Positions 13,551 through 25,474 of a stretch of 64,000 nucleotides of DNA are shown piece after piece; position 1 is the first letter of the stretch; each line of letters starts with the position of its first letter. The position numbers and the translations under genes are program-made. Source of the stretch: Octopus sinensis (Eukaryota); contig NC_042998.1 in assembly GCF_006345805.1 (NCBI RefSeq), positions 138,012,001-138,076,000 on the forward strand. Reading direction: 5' to 3'. Under the pieces are notes generated by a model. The model searched no databases and had not been told where the DNA came from. It saw only the letters and a list, made by a program, of their open reading frames with translations.

Positions 13551-13862
13551 TCACCGTGATCACCGTGACCAACCAGGCTATCAGATGTTACTACACATCG
13601 CTGGTCACAATGCGTTTTGCATTGTTTTAGCCTTTAAATGACGCCACCCCGCTGGCTAAGCGAGCAGGCCAGTAGAAGAAAGAGTGAGAGAAGGTTGTGG
13701 CGAAAGAGTACAGCAGGGATCGCCACCACCCCCTGCCGGAGCCTCGTGGAGCTTTAGGTGTTTTCGCTCAATAAACACTCACAACGACCGGTCTAGGAAT
13801 CGAAACTGCAATCCTACGACCGCGAGTCCGCTGCCCTAACTACTGGGCCATTGCGCCTCCAC
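13551..13862 (-). mobile_element. tRNA-derived SINE, same head and body as 6085-6396, tail type 2
   Basis: Homologous head and body through ctctttcttc, then an unrelated tail ending gtcacggtgatcacggtga. Confidence 0.85.
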
Positions 13863-14164
13863 ACACACACACACCACCACACATACACACCCACACCATA
13901 TATATATATGTGTTTGTATGTGCGTGTGCGCGTGTGCGTGTGTGTGTATGTAAGCATGTGTGTGTGTGTATGTATATATGTGTCATCATCGTTGTCTTTA
14001 TGTTTTTCCCTCCCGGACCCACATGCGGTTAAATGTTTTGATTATTTAAAATCATTACACTCACTACATTAAGTATATCAGCACTTACTTCATTAATTAA
14101 TGTATCTGACTAACCTAATTTTTTTTAAAAACTAGCTTTAAATACTTTAAAAACTAAACTAAAC

Positions 14165-14278
14165 TTTCCACACGAAAGCACGTAACTTCAAACGTGTCTT
14201 CTCTGATGTGAATTTGCTACCCAGGTATCGGTTAACCGAATTATCCATAACAAGATAATTCATTCAACTACTCAAATA

Positions 14279-14280
<2 letters not shown>
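14165..14280. repeat. Third fragment of the same family end (gtgaatttgctacccaggtatc...gataattcattca)
   Basis: Aligns by eye with 17221-17310 and 28820-28938, and is followed by (TA)n. Confidence 0.6.
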
Positions 14281-14367
<87 letters not shown>

Positions 14368-14604
14368 GTGTGCGTGCGTGTGTCTATCTGTCTGTGCTTG
14401 TCCCACCATGATAGAAACAAGTAAAACAATAAAAGAATATATGTAAATATAAACAATTACAAAGAATACGGAAACTGGTACATCATCATATTTTTTTCTT
14501 TTAATTGTTATTTTTCCGGTTAATTATATAGCATAATTGGTTTATGCGGCCGACACGTTTTTCTGTTACATGGAGAATATGCACTTGCATTTGCAACACG
14601 CTAT

Positions 14605-14753
14605 TTTCAGCTATGCACCTTCATTCAGAGTCTATCCGCAAATGTGATTTGAAGCAAACTGATTAGCGAAATACGTTGGCCATGCATAAATAAAATCAGT
14701 TCGCTTTGAAGCACATTTGTGGACAGACCCTGAATGAAGGTGCATAGCTGAAA
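14605..14753. repeat. Hairpin / short palindromic element, 60-bp arms and 29-nt spacer
   Basis: tttcagctatgcaccttcattcagagtc...aactgatt / aatcagtt...gaccctgaatgaaggtgcatagctgaaa. Confidence 0.85.
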
Positions 14754-14798
14754 CTAGTTCACTGCAGATTAGAGAAAACAAGAAGCATAGTAAAGTGA

Positions 14799-14882
<84 letters not shown>

Positions 14883-15574
14883 TCTTGGCCTTCTCTTTCT
14901 GTAATCTTCCTACATTCCCCCCTTGTTTATCTCCCTTGTACTGTTGAATTCCTCTCTTTCTCGTTCCTCCCCTAATTCTTCAATCCCTCTGCCTCCTACT
15001 TCTCTCCTTTCCTTCCACCAGACCGGTGTTCGGCCAAGCAATATCTTTCTTTGTTAGCTCGACTGCCGGCCGTGGAGCATCTCTTATATTCCTGTTTCAT
15101 GTCTTTCATCACTTATGTTCGTCTCCTATATACCAGCCCAAAGCTTTTACTCTACACACGCCAGCTCATCTTGATTCGTCTTTACTTGTCGCTATTTCCT
15201 AGTTGTTTGCATTTGCAATTGTGTAACATTTTCTCCGTTTTTTTTTTGCCTTTGTTGTCGTGCACAATCGTTTGTTTTCTACCCCCAAATTTAATGCTTT
15301 TAGCCTAGATTTTTTGGGGCCAGCCAGATTTGAACAGTCTCAAATGTAACCGGCCGAAACTGCAAGGATGATCTGGGAACTTGACTGATGAGGGAATGAG
15401 ACTGCGAATGACCCGTCATTGTTTTTTCCTGTCCATCTTTTTGTTGTTTTTTTCTGTCTGTCTTTGTATCGTCTATCTGTCCGGATGTTTTATTGTCTTC
15501 TGTTGCGTTCTTGTTCCAGTTTTTATTACATATATATATATATATATATATATCTATATATAGATATATATATA

Positions 15575-15625
<51 letters not shown>

Positions 15626-16154
15626 TATATATATTTATACACATAAACATATAATTATATAAGTACACACACACATACATAAACATATATTTCATTAAAT
15701 ACGATTATGTTCGTTTTATCTTTTTTATTTTATATTTCCCACATTTTCCCATTAGCTTTTTACAGTCGATTTGGAACTCTGGAGTTCCTAAATCCACATC
15801 CGATCGTCTCTAGATGTTCACAGTTTCATACATACATACATAATGAGTGTGTTCGTGTGTGTGTGTCTCACACACACATACACACGCAGAAAGAGAGAAA
15901 AGGAAAAATTATAAAATCATTTACTGTTCCATGCAAAAGTGTCATTCCAATCAGTTTATGGATCTCATCACATGCTACGTTATCATAGAATTTCATTTGT
16001 TATTATTCTATCAAACTTAGAAAACGAATTTTACACGTCAAAATGTCATTTTTTTACAGGATATCATTTATAATGAAAGATCAAGAAAAAATATATATAA
16101 GCGTACGGACTGGAGTTCATCTTGTTTCATGTGTGCGTGCGTTTGTGCGTTTGG

Positions 16155-16292
<138 letters not shown>

Positions 16293-16783
16293 CTGTGTGT
16301 GTTTGTGTGTGTGTCTGTGTGTCTGATTTCTTTTACTCTTTTACTTGTTTCTGTCACCGAGTCACTGGACTGCTGCCATGCTAGGGCACCGCCTCGAAAT
16401 ATTTAGTCAAGCACATCGACTCCAATACTAATTCATTTCTTAAGTCTGCTACTTACCTCTTCGAGCTCTTTTATCGAACCGCCTGGTTGCAAAGATATAT
16501 ATATATATATATATATTATAATATATATATATATATATATAACATATATATAAATACACACAGACATGGAGGAAGTAAATAGACACCTTTAATTTTCAAA
16601 ATTTCTGATCAACGCGTCTTAATATGTTTTCAGCGATGAAGAATTTACCTTGTAATGATTCTTTTGCATTCTAGGTGCCATTATATTAAACATTTGCGAA
16701 GAGTAACCATGCTACACACAAAAAATTCAGCAGAACTGTAAGATTTTCAAAGAGGTCGTATTGGTGGGCAATCTGAGTGAGAT

Positions 16784-16828
<45 letters not shown>

Positions 16829-16830
16829 AA

Positions 16831-17306
16831 TAAATGAAAGAATGGAGTCGAACGAAGATTTTAACAAAATTCCTTTACTCTCGACACATGTTTCGAAGAC
16901 GGCATACTTTTAATTCCGAAGGAATAAAGGGTGCATTATGCCATCTTCTCATCAGGAAAGATAAGGAGCCTCTTTCAGCCACAAGACGAACAAAAGTTTT
17001 TGATGATTGCCTACATGGTGACGTCAGTGATAATGAGTGTTTTTTAAAAATAATCCGTTATAAGCAATGACGTCAAAAATGGGTAGAAGGAAGAAGTATT
17101 AAAATAGGTAGGGGACACTATGTATGCTGTATGTATGGGGATGTGCGGGTGTGTGCTTGTGGTAATGAGTGCGAGTTTTTGTGTATGTGTATGAGTGTGT
17201 GTATATAACTGCATTTGTGTCGCTTCAACCATGTTTTCTGACGTGAATTTGCTACCCAGGTATCCGTTAAACGAATTTTCCATGCTTGGATAATTCATTC
17301 ACCTAC

Positions 17307-17310
<4 letters not shown>
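16831..17310 (-). mobile_element. Non-autonomous HHR-bearing element (PLE-like), copy 1
   Basis: Both ends are homologous to 28591-28938. Contains the 16872 HHR and is flanked on both sides by (TA)n. Confidence 0.65.
16872..16966 (-). ncRNA. Type I hammerhead ribozyme with canonical core
   Basis: Minus strand: ctttc-CUGAUGA-gaagatggcata...tatgccgtcttc-GAAA-catgt-GUC-gagag. Helix II is 12 bp, helix I is 5 bp plus a cctt/aagg extension, and helix III is minimal. Confidence 0.85.
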
Positions 17311-17342
<32 letters not shown>

Positions 17343-17803
17343 CACACACACACACACACACACGCGCGAAATATATGAAGGGATTCTTCCAGATTTCGTC
17401 TACCGAATTCATTCGCAAGGCATTGGTCAGTTAGGATGCAGGGGAACCAAATATAAGTCCCTGATATCGCCCTGCTACCGGAACCACTGTACATTGCCAT
17501 CCTAACACTTCAAAACATTCCTTAATATCTTTAATGTACTCATTCCATTTCGTCTGTCCAAGGCATTATTAACTAAAATCCCAGTACTTTTTTGTCGCAT
17601 CAGACCTTAACCGCAAAGTCGGGCATTATTTCGTTATTGCATGGGAACACTGGAATCTACTCCAAATAACCCACCACCGAACCATTCTTCTTAAGGCCTA
17701 TTACGAACCCGTGGACTCAAATGATCGGAGCTTAAGATGGTTTCTATGGCATATAAGTGCATGTGAAGGCGCATGGCTCGATGGTTAGAGCGTTGGGATC
17801 ACA

Positions 17804-18321
17804 GTGCTAGAAAGGTTTAAACTCCATGAAATCTCCCAACCTCCAGAGCCATTGAAGAAATTATTGTCATCAACTGGCCAATGTTCCAAGTACTTCCAAA
17901 ACAAAATTAGACAATACAACGCTGCACTACAGATGACATCATTTAGAGCCAGGATTCATGCAAACTTTCAAGATCCAAGGTCAGATTTATCATCGGATTG
18001 GTTCTCTACTACCTCTGTCAAATGGAGCACCAAAATCGGCTTTTCATTGTTTATAATCCGTACCTGTGTTTTGGTTCTGAAATAAGCTGCATAAAACGTG
18101 CTTTTGAATTACGTGTATTTACTTTATATACATATATAAGTTGAAAACTTTCTTTTAATATTTCACTTAACGTCTATGTTCCATGCTGGCATAGGTTGGA
18201 GAGTTATTAATGTAGAAGGTTGGTATCTCAGCCACTAGCAGTTGAGACCTGCGTAACCTAGACAGCGTTTTTAAATTTCATTATTTTGTTTAACCCGGGC
18301 AACGCCAGGTATTTCTGCTAG
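17804..18321 (+). mobile_element. Deleted Helitron: RepHel N-terminal fragment plus 3' terminus
   Basis: QPPEPLKKLL...YFQNKIRQYNAALQMTSF / PGFMQTFKIQGQIYHRIGSLLP is a Helitron RepHel motif. The 3' end cccgggc-aac-gccagg...CTAG|T lies at 18294-18322. Confidence 0.85.
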
Positions 18322-19183
18322 TAAGTGTATATACTTGGAAGCACTTAATTCGATATCTTACTCCTCTTGCTTTTAACATCGCCAGACTGGAGTCGATTAT
18401 CATTTACTTAAATCAGTAAAGATTGTAAAATAAGTACCAGTAGTAAACGCTAGTTGAGTGAAAAAACCTTATTCCGCCCACCAGTATCCAGTATAAAGAA
18501 GGAATTGCAACTAGTTAACAAAATCAACAAAGAATAATAAAAGAAAAAAACAATAAAAACGGTGCTTCATGATGGTCACAATCTCAAGTAAAGAGGAAAG
18601 TAGCAAGCTTTGAAGACGTTAAAAGTTTGTTAGGTTTTGGCGGTATGGTTTCATTTCTTGTTTGGAAGTATTTCTTTTACACAGCTAACACCCAACAACC
18701 ATTCAATGTCACAGCTATTTTCGTCGTTGTTTGACATTAATAGGTCAATTCGTACATGAACGTGTTCTGTTGATTACGAAGTGATATAGAAAATATAGCA
18801 ACTTGGCTATTGTATAAAATCTTGATGAAACTGCCGTTTTATTCAGGTCAGCCCTGATTCAGTAGGCATAAGAGGAAAAGCGTTTCAGTTGTGATCATCT
18901 TTTTTTTTCCTAAAGATTATGTATCCGAAACATCTTGCACCTTTTAGGGGATATTTGAGGGCGAATTAGTTGCTATTTCTAAAGAAGGCTGAACGAACGA
19001 ACTTATTAGAGGGAGTATCGTTGGCTCGCATTTAACCCTGTCTGTTTGTGTTTTATGACACTTGAATGGTTAATAACATCACTGAAGACCCCCTCCCTCT
19101 ATACACAAACATGCAAATATGTTCATATGTTTATGTCTGCGTAAGCCTGGCTGCACCAATACATACGTACATACATACATACA

Positions 19184-19214
<31 letters not shown>

Positions 19215-19760
19215 GTTTATGTGTGTATGTGTGTATTTATTCTACCACACTGCTTGGCAACCGGTGGTGGTTTCTTTACGTCACTGTAAGTTAGAGGTTC
19301 GGTAAATAGAGACTGATAGAATAAGAGCCAAGAAAATATGTACTGGGGTAAATTTGTTCAACAAAACACTTCCAGACGGTGCCCCTGCAGGGATACATTC
19401 CAATGACTAAAACAAGTAAAAGATGATGTGGCTGTGTGGGTACACACACCACACACACACACACACACACATGCGTACGTGTGTATACATGTATGCATAT
19501 ATTATATTAATTCATATGTGAATACCGAGGTGCATCATTTTTCAGTCTATAGCTACAGGAGAACTTAAACTTTAATCATGAAGTTAACAAATGGATCTTA
19601 AAAAAAAAAACCGAAAAAAATAACCCCAAAACAAAACAAACAAATAAAAGAACTGCGAAGCGGAATATCTTGGAATATCTCAGAAAAACAAACATTAAAT
19701 TAAGCGCTAACATACTTTACTCCGTAGTTGTCTCCCCTACTTTTAAACATAAGTTAGTTA

Positions 19761-20047
19761 CAGTAATCCCTCGTTTATCGCGGGTGTTACGTTCACCTAT
19801 CGCGGTTCACCTATCGCGGTTTATTATTTAAGCTTAAATCGATTCTTCTGTTGTATTGTTTTGCATCTATAAAATAAATATATACAAATTATAAAAGCAA
19901 AAAAATATATATAGTAGAGTACTATTTCTACTGTATATATATTTTTTGTTTTTATAATTTGCATATTTTTTATAATTGCAAAAGAATCGATTTATGCTTA
20001 AATAATAAACCGCGATAGGTGAACCGCGAGATGGCAAGGGATTACTG
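19761..20047. mobile_element. Tigger/pogo-like MITE, fold-back derivative, 287 bp
   Basis: Same TIR family as 1321-1539, with TA at 19759-60 and 20048-49. The internal arms are inverted copies of each other. Confidence 0.85.
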
Positions 20048-21298
20048 TATTCAGATATTGGTTTTTCAAATTTTCACTCCATGTTAATATATTAAAATAC
20101 ATTGGTTTTCTATATTATGTTAATAAGATGCTCTCCAGTTTTACACTGCTGCTACTACTTGGTACTCTCATTGTTTCTAGCCTGAAACAACACTAGTTGC
20201 AGCTGGCGGGACCAGATAATAATTGGCTACACACACACGCACGCAAACGACACACATGACACAAGCACACACAGACGCTCACACATTCATGCACACACAT
20301 ATACATGCGCACACATATGCACACATGTACACACACAAACCTATACGCACACGCACACATATACACGCACACACAGATGAGGATTCAGTTACCTGCTCAA
20401 GAATTACCTTTTAAGTGGTTGAGTATTCCATAGATATGTATACCGTTTATGTAATTCACAGGTAAAATCAGTATGGCAAAATGTATAACAAGACTGTACC
20501 TTTTGAATCCACCAAGCAGGTTTTTTATATAGAATCCTCGCTTCACTCACAATGTATAGGTCAACTGAAGGCGGCGAGCTGGCAGAATCGTTTGCAAGCC
20601 AGACAAAGTGCATAACAACATCTCATTTATCTTAACATTCTGAATTCAAATTCCCCGAGGTCGACTTTGCCTTTCACCCTGGAGTCGACGTAATCGACTT
20701 ACACCCTGTTCCAAGATTGCTGGCCTTGTGCCAAAATTTGAAACCAATATATAGGTCGACTCAAGAGTATAGAAAATGACAGTTGTCCAAGCTGTCATGC
20801 AGTGGAATCGAACCTAGAACCTCGTGGTTGAAACCTAGAACTTCGTGATTACATCGCCACCACCCACCATGGATCAACTGGTACTTATTTTATTGACCCC
20901 GAACGGATAAAAGGCGGAATTGAAACTCAGTTCATTAAAGAAAATATAAAATACAGCTTTTTTTTCGAGTCCTAGGACACATAAGGCTGGTTACCCAGCT
21001 TCCATGGCGTATGTAAGGGACAGAGAACATTTGTCCTCAACAGGATGCCAGTCCGAGGCAGGGTTCAAGGTTAGCAATTTTGTGGAGAAGAGACAAGATA
21101 ATTATATCGACCGCGGTACTTGGCTTGTCCTTTATTTTCGACCCCGACAGGGATGAAAGGTAAATTTAACCACGGCGGGATTTGAATTCAGAACGTAAAG
21201 AGCCAGAAGAAAGGTATTTTATTCGATGCGCTTACGATTCTGCCGGCCTACCGCCTTTTATACGTTTCAGTACACACACACACACTAACACACACACA

Positions 21299-21361
<63 letters not shown>

Positions 21362-21799
21362 CAGTTGCAATTATTAATTAATGAATGTATTGACCCAGTA
21401 AAGTAGAAATAACAGAACAATTGAGTAGTGACACGTTTGACACGCATAAAAATGTAAACTAAGAATTATAAATGTAAACTGACCCCTTAATGGCTATACA
21501 TACATACATACATGCATGCATTCATTCACGCATACATACATACATACATACATACATACATACATACACACATACATACATACATACATATATACATACA
21601 TACATACATACATACATACATACATACATACATACAAGGAATGCTAGTGGAACACTAATAAAAACTAATTCAGTGCAAACATAATAGATCTTATTTTGTT
21701 CTGTGGGAACAACATCGAAAGTCGTGCACTGTTGTGGAGTAAGTGGCCAAGCTGTAATGTAAAGTAAAAAGTCCAGGAAAAAGAAAAGAATATTTATGG

Positions 21800-22140
21800 T
21801 GAATTAACGCGGAACTTTTATATTAGGTAGTATACCAACAACTTTACACAAAAACCTAGAAATACTAGATTTTTCGAAGAAAGAGCAAAAGAAACTGACG
21901 CGGATTGAGAAATAGTGGTGCAGTGAGGATTTGTAAGACATTCTAAAGATTCTCCATCTGAGAGTCTTTAAGTAAATAGATGCACACACTTGGGTCTGTG
22001 CATCGACAGCTCAACCAACACACCAGTCCAACCTAATATTTACAAACACTGGGAACCGTCCTTACCCAAAAGTCGCGTTGTTAGCGGTCGGCTTGAACTT
22101 GAATAAAACTCTTAAGAACTTAAATAAAACTGAAAGAAAA
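21800..22140 (+). mobile_element. Possible RLE-LINE C-terminus and 3' UTR
   Basis: ILGSIPTTLHKNLEILDFSKKEQKKL resembles the G.LG.VP..L..NL..L ends of RLE ORFs. Strongly decayed. Confidence 0.35.
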
Positions 22141-22242
22141 ATGCATACATCTGACTCGTACATATCTACACACATACACACGCCCACACACACACACATG
22201 GATATATATGTGTATATATATATTATATATTGTTGAGCTTAA

Positions 22243-22336
22243 CCCTAGGCGCAGTAAGAGTCACTGATGAGAATTAAGATGCTCTGCATAAAAATTCGAA
22301 ATCACTAGTGATATGGCTATGTCTGCGATCGTAGGG
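22243..22336 (+). ncRNA. Type I hammerhead ribozyme with canonical core and extended helix I
   Basis: CUGAUGA 22264-70. Helix II gaatt/aattc (22271-75/22293-97) plus atgc/gcat. GAAA 22298-301. Palindromic helix III atcactagtgat 22301-12. Cleavage triplet AUA (A17 = 22313). Helix I agtca/tggct, then cgcag/ctgcg, then cccta/taggg. Confidence 0.85.
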
Positions 22337-22496
22337 AGTTTTGTCTCCTTTGTCACCTTATTAAGATAGTGCTCTGGTGGCTAATGAGTCGTTTTGATTC
22401 TTATTTCTAGCAATAACAGTACCACTTTGTACTCGCTGTCAATTTAGTGACATCTATGAATTTGCGTTTAGGTTGTTAAATTGCTATTAATCCACC

Positions 22497-22537
<41 letters not shown>

Positions 22538-22545
22538 TTATATAT

Positions 22546-22578
<33 letters not shown>

Positions 22579-22620
22579 ATATATATTATAAAAAGTGTAT
22601 TTATATACTATCTGTGTATA

Positions 22621-22676
22621 TTCCACTGATGGGGCAAAGCATTTCTTATGCAGAGTCAGAAATCCGGGATCTGGAA
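22621..22676 (+). ncRNA. Decayed hammerhead motif (A9G, 1-nt insertion before GAAA)
   Basis: ttcca-CUGAUGG-ggc...gtc-a-GAAA-tccggg-AUC-tggaa. Helix I is 5 bp and helix III is atcc-g-ggat. Confidence 0.5.
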
Positions 22677-22867
22677 TTATCCAGTAATTTTTTGCTAGTT
22701 TATTTTGTCCTTTTGTCTTCTCTCCTGTTAGTGTGGTTTTAGAGTCAAGGTTTGGCTGGTATTTCCAGCGTGGTGGTATCTCTTAGATACCCTAAATTAT
22801 TATTTTAATAATAATTATTAATTTTGAATGTTTTTATTCCCATGTTGGCCACTTGCGTGTGTGTGTG

Positions 22868-22906
<39 letters not shown>

Positions 22907-23064
22907 ATATGTATGGATGTGTGTGTGTGTGTCTGCATGTGTGTGTGTGTGGGTGTGAAGGTGCGTGACCGAGTGGTAAAGGTGTTGCACTCACAGTCAC
23001 TAGATCGTGGGTCCGATTCCCAGCGCGCTGTGTTCTTGAGCAAAACTTTTCATTTCACGTTTTT

Positions 23065-23712
23065 CCGCGATAATTTTCAACATCTGAGGTGTGGTACACT
23101 TGTGCATCTGTACGGGGAATTTCGATTTGATGAAGGGATTGTCCTTGCACTGGGCCATTCGGACTCCCGTCTTCGCCGTGAACAAAGATTAATCTTCTGT
23201 CTTCGCTACTTTACGTCCTATGGACTCAACTCTCCTCCTCTCTTTATCTAACCCTCCTCCCCTCTTCATCAAACCATCCTCCCCTATCCTGTCTTCCTCT
23301 CACACCTACTTCCTCCCACCCAACTCTCCTCTCTTGCTCCGACTCCTACTTCTTCTCTTCACTCCTACCCTCCTTCTCTCTTCTCTTCACTTCTACCCAT
23401 CTTCTCCCTTCCCTTCTCCCTTCATCGTCACCCTTCCCTTGTAACCCACCTCTACACAATCCAGCCCCAGCTTCCCTATCCATCCCATCCTACCCCACCC
23501 CACCCTCAGCCTAATCCCACCCCACCCTTGCCTTCCGGAATCTCGCCTTCCTCACATCCCAACACCACCATACCACACAACACCACATCACATCACACCA
23601 TCACGCACACACTGGCACTGACAACTTCCTAGCACCCACACCATCACCCACACGCCTACACATGCAGACACTTCCCGAGAGTTAAACTAATACATCTGTT
23701 TGTTGTCTACAC
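23065..23712 (+). mobile_element. Penelope-like element 3' end (endonuclease C-terminus plus pyrimidine-rich UTR)
   Basis: GHSDSRLRREQRLIFCLRYFTSYGLNSPPLFI* resembles the R..EQ.LIF.L....P.GLN end of PLE GIY-YIG domains. The tail cttcccgagagttaaactaatacatctgtttgttgtct recurs at about 5342-5378. Confidence 0.7.
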
Positions 23713-24059
23713 ACACATATACATGATGAGTTTCTTCACTGTTTCCATCTGTCAAATCCACTCATAAGACATTTATTGAAGATGCCGAGCAGTGGGACTG
23801 AACTCGAAATCACGTGGCTGCAAATCGAGCTTCTTAACCACACAACCATGCCTCAATCAAAAAGAACAACAAGAACAACAACTCGAATTTTGTAAGATTC
23901 ATAATTTATTTTGCACAAACGGACCGAATGGACCAATCAAATCTATATTACAACTCTGAATATGTTTATATGACAGACAGTGTGTGTAATTCAAAATGCC
24001 AATTTTCATTTTTTGTTTTTTTCTTATTTGTTTATATGGTCAGCTTATGATGTATATTT

Positions 24060-24085
24060 ATATTATATATAATACATATGTATAT

Positions 24086-24145
<60 letters not shown>

Positions 24146-24241
24146 ATATTAGCATATATATTAAATATATATATATATACACATATATATATATATTCGT
24201 ATATTTACACATATATATACATATATATCATATATATACAC

Positions 24242-24286
<45 letters not shown>

Positions 24287-24418
24287 TAATATACATTCAT
24301 ATATACACACACACACACATAATATATATATTCATCATATATATACATTCATATATATACACATAATACATAGATATATTCATATATATATACATATATA
24401 TATTTTCATATGTATATG

Positions 24419-24492
<74 letters not shown>

Positions 24493-24560
24493 CATATATA
24501 TTCATATATATTCAAATATATATTCATACATATTCATATATAATATATATATATATATTC

Positions 24561-24596
<36 letters not shown>

Positions 24597-24780
24597 GATA
24601 TATATATATATATATAATACAATATATAATACATATTCATATACATAGTCATATATTATATATATTCATATATATATACATATGCATATTCATATTATAT
24701 ATACATAATATATGTATTGTATGTATATTACATGTATATGTATATTCACTAATGTTTGTCTTTATGTAGTTTATATATAC

Positions 24781-24830
<50 letters not shown>
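24060..24830. repeat. Large (TA)n-rich microsatellite complex
   Basis: Seen directly. Similar complexes at 28940-29150, 33075-33420, 43070-43690, 60970-61260 and 62580-62915. Confidence 0.95.
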
Positions 24831-24834
<4 letters not shown>

Positions 24835-25408
24835 AAACATTAAATTAAATGATGACTCAACGCATTTGGGTATCGCATTTACTGAATCTTTTTTTCAAGG
24901 AAAATGTTGATAGCAACTTTAAAGTTTTGTTTTGGTTACCCTTTGGAACAGTCTGACGACGTCAACTGTGCTATAACTTCGAAGTCCACTGCAATCTTTT
25001 CCTCATATGTATTTGTGCGTGTGTATATGTGTGTGCATGTATCTATTTATGGATGTATTTATATGAAGGAATATATTCAAAATGGATTCTTTGTCAGCTT
25101 TTTCTTAGTTTCCTTTCTTCAATTTGGTGCTGTTGCCAATACGTTAAAAAAAAACAACAATAAAAAAATTAATATTAATAAATAATAACTGGCACAAGGC
25201 CACAGATTTGTTGAGGTGGTGTATAGTCGATGTAACCGACTCCAGTGTATGTCTGGTACTTATTTTATCGACCCACGGAAGGATGAAAGGCAAAGTGGAC
25301 CTTGGAGTGTTTTGAACTCAGGAAAGAAAATTTTAAATGTAATACTGTATAACATTTTGTTCGGCGCTCAACGTTTCTGATAATGCACACTCCTTATAAA
25401 TGATGATA

Positions 25409-25474
<66 letters not shown>

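Larger units (their letters stand above)
12340..14160. repeat. Inverted duplication, arms about 250 bp (12340-12610 / 13918-14160), enclosing about 1.3 kb
   Basis: ttagtttttaaagtatttaaagcta...gggagggaaaaacataaagacaacgatgatgacac occurs on + at the left and on - at the right. Confidence 0.9.

Noticed and set aside
15350-15420. cgaaac...ctgatgag (possible type II HHR); related motifs at 13397-13460 and 55375-55430
   Set aside because: Helices I and III do not form in any register I tried.
17470-17570. HCHPNTSKHSLISLMY, resembling a PLE RT thumb
   Set aside because: Too short and degenerate to call.
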